From: the human T2T-CHM13v2.0 reference genome, Homo sapiens | Assembly (NCBI RefSeq): GCF_009914755.1 | Contig: NC_060947.1 | Direction: 5' to 3' (one strand) | DNA: 64,000 nt | The notes under the pieces: model-generated | Database searches by the model: none | What the model was told of the DNA's origin: nothing | The model's input: only the letters and a program-made list of their open reading frames with translations | In this document: positions 1-11,902 of the stretch, piece after piece | Position numbering within the stretch: position 1 is the first letter of the stretch | Layout of the letters: every line of letters starts with the position of its first letter | Position numbers and translations under genes: made by a program

Positions 1-174
1 TGGTGGGCCATGTATAGGACCATGAACCCTCTCAATTACGAATGCCTAGTACTGTTATGTCCCCCAAACTGGCTGCCTAAGGGAGAAAAAACTTAACCAC
101 CCTCATTGTTAAGCTTAAGGAAGTCAAAGTTCTCTGTGAGACTACTTCTCTTTTCAATAGTCTTATATGGCCTT
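1..174 (+). mobile_element. ERVL-class pol (RT N-terminal) fragment
   Basis: 93-173 translates LTTLIVKLKEVKVLCETTSLFNSLIWP, resembling ERVL RT '..IKDLKDAGVVIPTTSPFNSPIWPV'; cut off by an L1 fragment. Confidence 0.55.
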
Positions 175-448
175 CTCTAGAGAAATGTCTATTCATATCC
201 TTTCCCCACTTTGTAATGGGATGATTTGTCCTTTGTCCATTTTTTAATTGGGCTGTTTTTGTTGTTGTTGTTGAGTTTTAGGAGTTATTTATACATTCTT
301 CATATTATCTTCTTATCAGATACATGGTTTGCAAATATTTTCTCTTGCTCCATAGGCTGCCTTTTTATTCTATTCATTGTTGTGTTTGGCACACTCATCT
401 CTCTATTTTTTGCTTGTATTGACTGTGCTTTTGTTAACGTATCTCCAG
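175..448 (-). mobile_element. Old L1M ORF2-end fragment
   Basis: Antisense L1 motifs gagaaatgtctattc and tttgcaaatattttctc; ORF 300..491 contains RIKRQPMEQEKIFANHVSDK. Confidence 0.75.
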
Positions 449-477
449 ACTTTTTTTTTTTTTTTGCATTTGAGAGT

Positions 478-1688
478 TTCTGGTACAACAACTCAGACTG
501 AGATTGAACTCACCTACAGAACCTGCTGCTTCTGCTCAGATAAGAGTGCTTTGTGAGTCCTTCTAACTCCTCTCCTGTTCATCAATTTGGGGATCCTTCA
601 GTGAGTACAACTCTAGAACCAGTGCTCCAGATGTCTTATGTGTTGAAGCAAAGTAAGAAGTACTTTTATTATTTGCGCAAATAGACTTTTCTTTGGCCCT
701 TTTGTGATGTGTCTTCTGTTCTTCCTCAGCTCCACTGTTAAGGATTCTGTGAAGAAATCTCCTTGGCTCCTCAGGCAAGGACTGAATAAAGAAATAATCA
801 AATGGGACTCCTCAGATCCTGTAAGGTCTTTCCTTAGGGTAATTGGCTGCTAAATCTATAGGTAATTCTCACTCTATTGAGTGCTCTCCATCCTCTTTTC
901 CCAGTGACTATATGCACTGCTAATATAGCAGCAATTTGACTCCATATCTACAAAAATGATATGATTTCATTAAGTGCAGTTTGGAACTACAATGACTTCT
1001 CTAAGGTTTATCTCTGGGGGACCTTGAATCCTGTGCATCCAAAATTCCCTGTAAACAATTACTTGCTTCTTCCTTTTGGTGAGGAAACTGAAAACTAACT
1101 TTCTCAGTTTAAATTTAATCGAGCCATTCAGCAATCTCAGTTTACCTTATCTGAGGCTATTTAGTCTCTCAAAGATTATCTGTTCTTCTCAAATGTCATT
1201 CCTTCACCTACTCCAATGTCAGCATCGCTTTGATTTTCTTCTTTATCCTCTCATTATTCCTCAACTTCTCCAAAACCATTCTGTCACCTTTGCCCCCAAC
1301 TCTAAATTCCACTCACCCCAAACCTAACCTCACTTTGCCAGTCCTCCAGTTCCTTAGAAGTACTCGTGACTTTGGTCTTATGTCTCTGATCATCAGCATA
1401 CAAAGACAGGGAGCTGTAGGACTTTAATTGCCTCCTCCCTTCAATGAGATTTTATTCCCATGGCGTTTTCACCAATTATCGACCGGACAAAGATTCGAGA
1501 ATGCAGACAGCAAGGAGATGAATCTTTTTCTAACTATAAACATCACTTAGGAAACATCTGGAACAATTATTCAGGTTCTAACCCTAGATAAGCAGTATAG
1601 AACCTGCTTTATTTATGAGTTTTGTTAATGGACTCTATGCTAAACTCAGAGAAACTATTTCAAAAACGTCATACTAATGTTAATGTCA
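478..1688 (+). mobile_element. ERV1-class internal region (leader/gag 5' part), decayed
   Basis: From ~858: IGNSHSIECSPSSFPSDYMHC*YSSNLTPYLQK*YDFIKCSLELQ*LL*G, like ERV1 gag matrix; continues after the L1PB with a zinc knuckle and pol. Confidence 0.55.
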
Positions 1689-4600
1689 ACTCTCATCATG
1701 AACATTTGCTCCAAGAACTACTGCGGGAATATACCAGGAGCCAAGAGAATCCACAGACCCTTTGAAGGAAACAGATTGCTCCTGCAGGACCTGGGAGACA
1801 GCCCAAATACTGTGCTGGTATCCACGGCTGAGAGGCTCAAAGATGGTTCACATCACAGGACTCTGTGCAGACACTCCCCAGTACCAGCCCAGAGCCTGGT
1901 AGCCCTGCTGGGTGGCTAGATTCAGAAGAGAAATATCAATCACTACAGTATGGCTCTCGGGAATCCACACCCCTAGGAAAAGGGAGACAGTGTTACATAA
2001 GAGAGCACCCCATAGGACAAAAGAATCTGAACAGCAGCATTGAGCCTCAGATCTTCCCTCTGACATAGGCTATCCAAATGAGAAGGAAGCAGAAAAGCAA
2101 TTCTAGTAATATAACAAAGCAAGGTTCTTTAGCACCTCCAAAATATCACACTAGCTCACCAGCAATGGACCCAAACCAAAAAGAAATCCCTGAATTGCCA
2201 GAAAAGAATTCAGAATGCCGATTATTAAACTAATCAAGGAGGCACCAGAGAAGGTGAAGTCCAACTTAAGGAAATAAGATAAAAGACACAAGATGTGAAG
2301 GGAGAAATCTTCAGTGAATAGATAGCATAAATAAAAGCAATCACAACTTCACAAAATAAAGGACACACTTAGAGAAATACAAAATATACTGGAAGCCCCA
2401 GCAAGAGAACCAAACAAGGAGAAGAAAGAACTTCAGAGCTCAAAGACAAGGTTTTTGAAATAATTCAATCCAACAAAGAGAAAGATAAAAAGAATAAACA
2501 AACCCTCCAAGAAGATTGGGATTATGTTAAATGACCAAATCTAAGAATAATTGGCATTCCTGAGGAAGAAGAGAAATGTAAAAGTTTGGAAAACATATTT
2601 CGGGGAATAATCAAGGAAAACTTTCCTGGCCTTGCCAGAAATCAAGACATCCAAACAAGAGAAGCTCAAAGAACACCTGGAAAATTCATCACAAAAAGAT
2701 CATCAACTAAGCACACAGCATCAGATCATCTAAAGTTAAGATGAAAAAAAAAAAATCTTAAGAGCTGTGAGGCAGAAACACCAGGTAAACCCATTAGATT
2801 AACAGCAGATTTCTCAGCAGAAACCCTACAAGCTAGAAGGGATTGGGACCCTATCTTCAGCCTCATTAAACAAAACAATTATCAGCCAAGAATTTCGTAT
2901 TCAGCAAAACTAAGCTTCACAAATAAAGGAAAGATACAGTCTTTTTCAGACAAACAAATGCTGAGATAATTCACCACTACCAAGCCAGCACTACAAGAAC
3001 TGCTAAAAGGAACTATAAATCTTGAAACAAATCCTGGAAACACATTAAAATAGAACCCATTTAAAGGATGAATCTCACAGCAACTATAAAACAAAAATAC
3101 AATAAATAAATAAATAAAACCAAGGTATTCTAGCAACAAATAGTATGATGAATAGAATAGTACCTCAAATCTCAATAATAACATTGAATGTAAATGGCTT
3201 AAGTGCTCCACTTAAAAAACACAGAAGTGCAGAATGGATAAGAATTTACCAACCAAGTATTTCCATGCAAATGGACACCAAGAGCAGCAGATGTAGCTAT
3301 TTTTATATCAGATAAAACAAACTTTAAAGCAACAGCAGTTAAAAAAGACAAAGAAGAATGTTACATAATGATAAAAGGCCTTGTCCAACAGGAAAATATC
3401 ACAATCCTAAATAAATATGAACCTAACACTGGAGCTCCCAAATTTACAAAAAAAAAGTTACTGCTACACCTAAGAAATGAAATAGACAGCAACACAATAA
3501 TAGTGGGGGACTTCAATACACCACTGACAGCACTAGACAGGTCATTAAGACAGAAAGTCAACAAAGAAACAATGAATTTAAACTATACCCTAGAACAAAT
3601 GGACTTAACAGATATTTACAGAACATTCTACCCAACAAAAGCAGAATTTACATTCAATTCATCAGCCTTAAATGCCTATATCAAAAAGTCTAAAAGGGCA
3701 CAAATAGACAATCTAAGGTCACACCTCAAGGAACTAGAGAAAAAAGAACAAACCAAACCTAAACCCAGCAGAAGAAAAGAAATAACCAAGATCAGAGCAG
3801 AATTAAATGAAATTGAAACAAACAAACAAACAAACAAAAATACTAAAGATAAATGAAACAAAATGCTGATTCTTTGAAAAGATAAATAAAACTGACAGAC
3901 CGTTAGTGAGATTAACCAAGAAAAGAAGAGAGAAGATCCACAATAAGCTCAATTAGAAACAGAATAGGACATATTACAACCAACCCCACAGAAATACAAA
4001 AGATCATTCAAGGCTACTATGAACACCTTTATGCACATAAACTGGAAAGCCTAAGGGAGATGAATACATTCCTGAAAATATACAATCCTCCTAGCTTAAA
4101 TCAGGAAAAATTAGAAACCCTGAACAGACAAATAACAAGCAGCAAGATTGAAATGGTAATTTAAAAATTAGCAACCAAAAAAAAGTCCAGGACCAGATGA
4201 ATTTACATCTGAATTCTATCAGACATTCATCGAAGAATTGGTACTAATCCTCTGACACTACTCCACAAGATAGAGAAACAGGGCCTCCTCTCTAAATCGT
4301 TGTATGAAGCCAGTATCACCCTAACACAAAAACCATGGAAATGACATAACAAAAAAGAAAACTACAGACCAATATCTCTGATGAACATAGATGCAAAAAT
4401 CCTTAACAAAATACTGGGTAACCAAATCCAAAAGTGTATCAAAAAAAAAATAATAATCCACCATGGTCAAGTGGGTTTCATACCAGGGATGGAGGGATGG
4501 TTTAACATACACAAGTCAATAAATGTGATATACCACATAAACAGAATTAAAAACAAAAATCACACAATCATCTCATAGACACAGAAAAAAACATTTGACA

Positions 4601-6904
4601 AAATTAAGCATCCCTTTATGATTGAAGCCCTGTGTAAAATCAGCATACAAGGGACATACCTCAATGTAATAAAAGCCATCTATGATAAACCCACACCCAA
4701 CATAATACTGAATGGGGAAAAGTTGAAATCTTTCCATCTGAGAATCGGAACAAGACAAGGATGCCTACTCTCACCACTCCTCTTCAACATAGTACTGGAA
4801 GTCCTAGCCAGAGCAATTAGACAAGAGAAAGAAATAAAGGGCATCCAAATTGGTAACAAGGAAATCAAACTGTTGCTGTTTTCTGATGACATGATCATAT
4901 AGTTAGAAAACCCTAAAGACTCCTCCAAAAAGCTCTTTAAACTGATAAATGAATTCAGCAAAGTTCAGGATACAAAATTAATGTACACAAATCAATAGCT
5001 CTGCTATACACCAACAGCTGCCAAGTTGAGAATCAAATCAAGAACTCAACTCCTTTCACAATAGCTGCAAAAAAAATAAATAAAATACTTAGGAATATAC
5101 CTAACCAAGGAAGTAAAAGACCTCTAAAAGGAAAACTACAAAACATGGCTGAAAGAAATCATAGATGACACAAACAAATGCAAACAAATCCCATGCTCAT
5201 GGATTGGTAGACTCAATATTGTGAAAATGACCATACTGCCAAAAGCAATCTATAAATTCAACACAATTCTCATCAAAATACCACCATCATTCTTCACAGA
5301 ACTAGAAAAAACAATCTTATAATTCATATGGAACCAAAAAATTGCCCACATAGCCAAAGCAAGACTAAGCAAGAAGAACAAACCTGAAGACGTCACATTA
5401 CCTGACCTCCAATTATACTATAAGGCCATATTCACCAAAACAGTATAGTATTGGTATAAAAATAGGCACATAGACCAATGGAACAGAATAGAGAACCCAG
5501 AAATAAGCCCAAATACTTACAGCCAGCCAAAGTAAACAAAGACATAAAGTGGAGAAAGGACGCCCTATTCAACAAATGGTGCTGGGATAATTGGCAAGCC
5601 ACATGTAGGAGAATGAAACTGGATCCTCATCTCTCACCTTATACAAAAATCAACTCAAGATGGATCAAGGACCTAAATCTAAGACCTGAAACTATAAAAA
5701 TCCTAGAAGATAACATCGAAAAAAACCCTTCTAGACATCAGCTTAGGCAAAGACTTCATGACCAAGAACCCAAAACCAGATGCAACAAAATGAAGATAAA
5801 TAGGTGAGACTTAGTTAAAGAGCTTCTGCACAACAAAAGAAACAGTCATCAGAGTAAACAGATAACCCACAGAGTGGTTCACAATCTACACATCCAACAA
5901 ATGAATAATATCCAGAATCTACAAGGAACTCAAATTAGCAAGAAAGAAACAAACAATCCCATCAAAAAGTGTGCTAAGGACATAAATGGACAATTCTCAA
6001 AAGAAGATATACAAATGGCCAACAAAAATATTTTTAAAATGCTCAACATCACTAATGATCAGAGAAATGCAAGTCAAAACCACAATGTAATACCACCTTA
6101 CTCCCGCAAGAATGGCCATAAGCAAAAAAATGCAAAAAATAATAGATGTTGGCATGGATGCAGTGAAAAGGGAACACTTCTACACTGCTGGTGGGAATGT
6201 ACACTAGTACAACCACTATGGAAAACAGTATGGAGATTCCTTAAAGAACTAAAACTAGAATTACCATTTGATCCAGCAATCCCACTACTGGCTATGTACC
6301 CAGAGGAAAAGAAGTCCTTATATGAAAATGATATTTGCACACCCATGTTACTGCAGCACTATTTACAGTTGCTAAAATATGGAACCAGCCCAAATACCTA
6401 TCAATCAACGAGTAGATAAAGAAACTGTGGTCATATACATATATAGCATATATATATATATATAGTATACATATATAGCATATATATATAGTATACATAT
6501 ACAGTATATATATATATCATTTACATATATATCTATATGATGGAATACTACTCAGCACATAAAAAGACATGAATTAATGGCATTGGCAGCAACCTGGATG
6601 GAACTGCAGATGATTATTCTAAGCGAAGTAACTAAGGAATGGAAAAGCAGACATCGTATGTTCTCACTCATAAATGGGAGCTAAGCTATGGGGATGCAAA
6701 GGCATAAGAATGATACAATAAATTTTGGGGACTCGGGAGAAACGGTGGGAGGGGAGTGAGGGATAAAATACCACAATTTGGGTTCAGTGTATACTGCTTG
6801 GGTGATGGGTGCACCAAAATCTCACAAATCACTACTAAAGAACTTACTCATGTAACCAAACACCACCTGTTCCCCAAAAACCTATGGAAGTAAACAATTT
6901 TTTA
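1689..6904 (+). mobile_element. Near-full-length L1PB1-like LINE-1 (inactive, internal deletions)
   Basis: L1PBa-type 5'UTR, ORF1 remnant from ~2077, ORF2 EN ([10 protein letters not shown]), RT ([29 protein letters not shown]) and C-terminus, L1PB 3'UTR ending ...aaaaacctatggaagtaaac; many stops and frameshifts. Confidence 0.93.
6433..6538. repeat. (TA)n-rich microsatellite inside L1PB
   Basis: Imperfect tatatata runs. Confidence 0.9.
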
Positions 6905-7368
6905 AAAAATGTTACAATGACGTGGCATTTGTGAAGCAGCATGCTCCAGAATTTTGTATTTATTCCAGAGATGAATAAATACAAAAATCCCAGATATATA
7001 TATTTGAATTTAATACAGAAAGTCAATGAAGTGTTTTAATTCAGTGCAGAAATACATGCAATAAATGGCACTGGGAAACTTTTTTAAGATAACATTACAG
7101 TAATTGTCAAAATTACCTTCTCTCTGAGATCCATGTTTTTAACACAATAACGTGAAGAAGCACAGGCTGGCGAAGCTAAATCTACACAAAATAAAGTATT
7201 CACCCTCTAACTAAAACAACTCCAGGGAAATTATCTCAAGGCCTTCGAGCCACCTTTAACTTCCCTAAATTCTCCCATAGACTCATACATCTATAAATGT
7301 TACAAGGAAAAGGGACATTGAGAGAAAGATTGTCCAAAGAACAGTAATTTGAAAAACTGCAGTCTTAA
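6905..7368 (+). mobile_element. ERV1 gag 3' part (nucleocapsid zinc-knuckle remnant)
   Basis: ~7298-7340 reads CYKEKGH*EKDCPK (CCHC knuckle remnant). Confidence 0.6.
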
Positions 7369-7369
7369 T

Positions 7370-7562
7370 GTTTCCTCTAATTTGGTTATCTATTAACCTG
7401 TCAATGGACCCTTGGGTTGCTTCCACACTTTATCTATTCTGAATAGTGCTGCTCTAAACATGGGTGTACAAATATCTCTTTAAGATGTTTGCTTTCAGTT
7501 CTTTTGAAAATATACCCAGAAGTGAAATTGCTAGATCATATAATTCTTATTCTATAATTTAT
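7370..7562 (-). mobile_element. L1M fragment
   Basis: ttgggttgcttccac...aatagtgctgct...atatacccagaagtgaaattgctagatcat, antisense L1 ORF2 end. Confidence 0.7.
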
Positions 7563-7564
7563 AG

Positions 7565-9478
7565 ATAGCCAATATCTATTTGAAACACTGTCTCAAAAGG
7601 AACATAAGATTTTCAGAAACAAAATACAATTTTGTTAACCTCAGGTTCATTGTCAAAGACCTGACATCTCCCTTGAGGGAAAATCTTTGCCCCAGAGTAC
7701 ACCAAAAGCTTCTTCAATTAACTTTTATCTGAAAAGAACTGACAACTTAGGGGCTTTGCAGGATTGGTTGGCCATTATGAGGTGTGGATTATTAATTTTT
7801 CTGCTATAACCTTCATATAGTATGACTAAGGAAACAGTGTTTAAATCGCTACCATGGGACTTATCCTCTACAATAGCATCTGCATTTTCAGAAATTTCCC
7901 TTTCCTCTGTCCCCACCTTGGGGATCTAAAATTGTTTATTGCCATTCTTGCTATTCATCTCTGATAGAGAAGGATATGCTTTAGGCATCCTATCTCAGAA
8001 GCATAACAGGAACCAGAGACCTATTGAATATTTTAGCTTCCCAGCAGGCCTTTTAGCTCAAACCTTCATGCCCTACTTATTAGCAGTCATAGCAGCACCA
8101 AAATTGGTTCAAGCAAGAACTGATCTTGTGCTGGATCGTACTTTGAATATTTATGTATCTCATGCAGTCCAAACCCCTCTCCTGACTGAAGAAAAAACAA
8201 CATTTGTAAACCTCTCACCTTATATTATATGAGATCCTTTTGCTTTGTCCTTTTCATATTACTGTCTACTGCTATCAAAGTCTAAATCCCTTGACTGTAC
8301 TGCAGCTGCTCAAACTTCAGCTTTCCCCTGTTCTGATCTTGCTGAATTTTCTATTCTACATCCAGATTTCACCCACTTTGTTGACAGTTCACACATCTGC
8401 TACTCAGAAAGAGGTTTCCAGGTGAGACATGTCATTACAGATTTTCACAGTCCTGTAGAATATGAGCCTCTACTGATGTAAAGTTAGCTCAGATAGTGGA
8501 TCTCAAACCTTCTCAAGAGCTCGCACTTTAGCTCAGGATAGAAGAGTTGTCACCTATGTAGGTTGTGCGTGTGCTTTTGGAGTAGTATATGAATTTGATA
8601 CGTATCTCATGCAGTCCAAAACCCTCTCCTGACTGCAAAGGATTTATGACTGCACCTGAAACACCAATTAAAAATGAGAAGCAGGCAGCTGACCTCCTAG
8701 AGGCTTTATTACCACAAGGGGTGATCTTATTCAAAATTGAAGCTCACATGTGCAATAAAACATCTGAGGCAAAGGGAAACTCATTAGTTTATAAATACGC
8801 CAAGCTAGCAGTTTATAAATCCGTCCCAATCCCACCACCATCAGACAAGATATTAAAAGCTATTCTGCTTACCACCACATCCTCGAATGAAGGAAGTGAG
8901 AAATGTCTGTTTTATCCACCTGATGAGCTTTGGAGACACCTAGACATCCACTTGGTCTCTCCTCAGTTCCTTGCCTGAAATGTATTCTATGACCTTTGCA
9001 AGATTACACATCATGAGCAAGAATAACAAAATCAACTTCTATGCTGACCTTGGAAGTGAAACTACCCCCCTTACCTCAAACAAACGGTATTCTCTTGCCA
9101 CATCTTCCAAAACCATAATCCTGGCAAAACTGTAAAGGTGGGACAACATAGAAAGTCATTTCCAGTGACTTTCTCCATTGGCAATTAGATTTTGTTCGAC
9201 TCCCTACATCTCATGGCTCATGAATATGCCCTTACCATTATTCACATGTTCTCTCATTGGCTAGAAGCTCCCACGTAAAAAAAAAAAAAAAAAGGTCACT
9301 ACCACTACTGTTATTAAACTTCCCCTTAGAATAAGTTGTCCACTTTACTGGTAAAATCCTCTATGAAATCCAAAAAGATATTTATTTGTCCTACAAATTA
9401 TAACGTCTTTACTATCTCCATCACCTGGAGTGATTGAACTAGCAATCACATATTTAAACTAAAACTTGCAAAACTCTC
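7565..9478 (+). mobile_element. ERV1-class pol remnant (RT, RNase H, integrase)
   Basis: ORF 7939 GYALGILSQKHNRNQRPIEYFS; ORF 8589 KGFMTAPETPIKNEKQAADLLEALL...KIEAH...EAKGNSL (RNase H); CHIFQNHNPGKTVKV, HWQLDFVRLP and HMFSHWLEA (integrase). Confidence 0.85.
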
Positions 9479-9479
9479 A

Positions 9480-10007
9480 GAGGAGGACATCACACAAAAT
9501 GGTGAAGTAGGAACCCCTAGAGGTCAATCCCTCCACTGAAACAACCCTTAAACTGAAAAAACAAACAAACAAACAAACAAAACAAACAACCCCAAAACCA
9601 AAACTATTAGAAGCATCTATTTTATAATTCTGAGACCTAACTGGAAATGTAGCAGGAAGGGAGGTGCTTGATGAAGGGAAAGGATGCTGATCATGTGCAA
9701 GGAGGCAGCCTGCACAAAACAGCTACCATTCCCCATTCCTTACCCTCACCTTAACTATGGGAATAAGCATCTCACATTTTTGGAGTACCTGATTTGTGCC
9801 ACAGCGGCCAGTAAGGACACTGTTCCAAAAACATTTGGGGTTGTGTATTTTTATAGGTCTGTTGGTGGCCTGAGAAAACTTTGTTTTGGCCCTCGGGCTG
9901 TAGTGGCTTCCCAAAGACATTTAGAATGTAATGTTCCAAATGCCACTGAATTCTACATGTTAAAATATTTTAAAGGGAAAATTTGTGCACTTTACCACAA
10001 AAAAAAA
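9480..10007 (+). mobile_element. Old L1M 5'UTR piece abutting an L1MB/MC-type 3' terminus
   Basis: Starts gaggaggacatcacacaaaatggtgaagtagg (L1M 5' start); ends aatgccactgaattctacatgttaaa...ttaccac plus A-tail. Confidence 0.55.
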
Positions 10008-10112
10008 ATGTGGCAGTCTCAGTGCTGTCTTATAGCCATGTCATAATGTACTTTGATTTTTTATTTGAAAAATTCCTCTTAAATATTGGTACACAGTAAG
10101 TTTTTAAAACAG

Positions 10113-10749
10113 GATATGTATCAAAGCAATATGGCTAGCACAAATAACTATGATAGGATAGTAGATTTGGCTGTCCTTCAAAGAAACACAATAATATATG
10201 CATACAAATTGTTAATATTAAAACACTACAAATAAGAACACTTGACATTGGGCCTATGAGAAAATCCTGGCAGGACTAAGACCTTTGAAAAAATCTATAT
10301 CAGAATCAGATACCCAGGAAGTAATCAGAATTAGTATGACTATGGTACTTTTGAATAAGACAATAAAATGTCATTATTAAAAATAGTCATTGAACATTCA
10401 CGTTGGCTTCTGTAAAGAATATATCAATTACTCATCAAGCTATGTTGTCTGCATACCTATGTTTTGGTGATGAAGAAGAAAACCTTTAGTTAGTTCACAG
10501 AAACATACACTACAGTAATGACTCAGAACAAAAGGAACCAATTAATTTCCCCTGTTACATATAAAGCTTCAGACGACTATTAAATGAAGTACAGAGTTGG
10601 TTAAAAAAATAGGATAGACAAACAGAAGGAAAATTGGGGATTGCAAAGGAGCCAATCCCTTGGTATCCAACCTTCAAATCACCTTTTATAATGTTGACTT
10701 CTACCCTGGGCCCTGCATTGGAACTATTTTTCCTACCAAATTACATTTA
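10113..10749 (+). pseudogene. Gene A exon candidate 1
   Basis: tttttaaaacAG acceptor; TA|GTAAGT donor; 10406-10749 has 3 stops in 114 codons (EPINFPCYI*SFRRLLNEVQSWLKK*DRQTEGKLGIAKEPIPWYPTFKSPFIMLTSTLGPALELFFLPNYI); two upstream frameshifts (WAYEKILAGLRPLKK). Confidence 0.55.
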
Positions 10750-11018
10750 GTAAGTCATAATTAATTCATGCCATCTGTATTATTATTATTTATCAGCTTC
10801 ACTTTTGATTCAGATTTTTACCAACAATCCATAGTTATGAAGGTTTTATAATATTATGAATTACATAAATCACTGTCATGTTTGTGAAAAGCTATAAAGT
10901 CAAGCAAGCCGGCAAAAAACTTATGTACTGCTCACTAATAGCAATCATTTAAATGTGGTCATCAATCTGTGCTCAAGTCCAAAATTAGTCACACAGTGGG
11001 TGTATTTAATTTGCGTAG

Positions 11019-11174
11019 TATAACTGCCTCACATGGGGCTCTGTTTAATCATGATTGGTGCAACTATCACCCGCCCAGAAATTCCTGTGAAGTCATCAAG
11101 AGCCAATTGAGTGTTCTTCCCTTGATACCAGTTTGATATGAACCAGCCAAAAAGCAAAAGTGCTTTACATTTTG
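11019..11174 (+). pseudogene. Gene A exon candidate 2
   Basis: ttgcgtAG / GTTAGC; 156 bp, phase 2-2; ITASHGALFNHDWCNYHPPRNSCEVIKSQLSVLPLIPV*YEPAKKQKCFTF. Confidence 0.55.
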
Positions 11175-11902
11175 GTTAGCTTTTTGAGCCTTATAATTAG
11201 AAAGTGTGTATTATTCATTAGGATTGTAAAATACTGGAAATAGTTGCTTATTCTTTTATTTATATACACATGCAAAACTGAGGATTTTGAACAAGTCAGT
11301 TGTTGGCTAAAAAAAAAAAAGCACCAGGATTATATGGTGCCAGGGGTGTTTAAAGATAGGACACCAATCAATTGCGTTAGATTTAAATTTAAATAAAATA
11401 ATTCAATGTAGTCACTCGGTTCACTGTGTTCTTACAGCACTTAGTACATATCATTATTATAGGAATGTCATTATATTTCAATAATTCTCTCATCCTTGTG
11501 ATTCTGATACATACTGCAGTGCCTGGCAGGCAGTAGGCGGCTAATACATGTTTGTTTAACAAAGGGCTTTATTTTGCTCAGCCTGAAGTGTGTCAGTATT
11601 TACGACTGATTTTGTTCCACAAAAAAAAAAAAAAAAAAGGAGGGATGCTGTTTCCGAAGAAAAGCTAAATGCATGTGTGAAGGACGTGAGAATGTCAAGG
11701 GAGCAAAAGCAAACCTCAGTTCTACATCTAAATTCCACGGCAAACAATTACAAAATGAACCTCTTCCTTCCTCTTGAGCTCACTATGTGTTCAATAATGG
11801 GACACAATCCTGCAATTTAAGCTAGCATTTAGAAGGGAAGCATTGAAATCACACACATCAGCGTCCTTAGCTTGGCAATACCAGTTAGTGTGTGTTTTGG
11901 AT

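Noticed and set aside
478-500. Possible tRNA primer-binding site tggtacaacaactcagact
   Set aside because: Too many mismatches to any PBS I can recall, and no upstream LTR is visible.
3368-6419. L1 ORF2-like ORFs (162, 94, 109, 181 aa) as functional CDS
   Set aside because: Fragments of a stop-, frameshift- and deletion-ridden L1PB.
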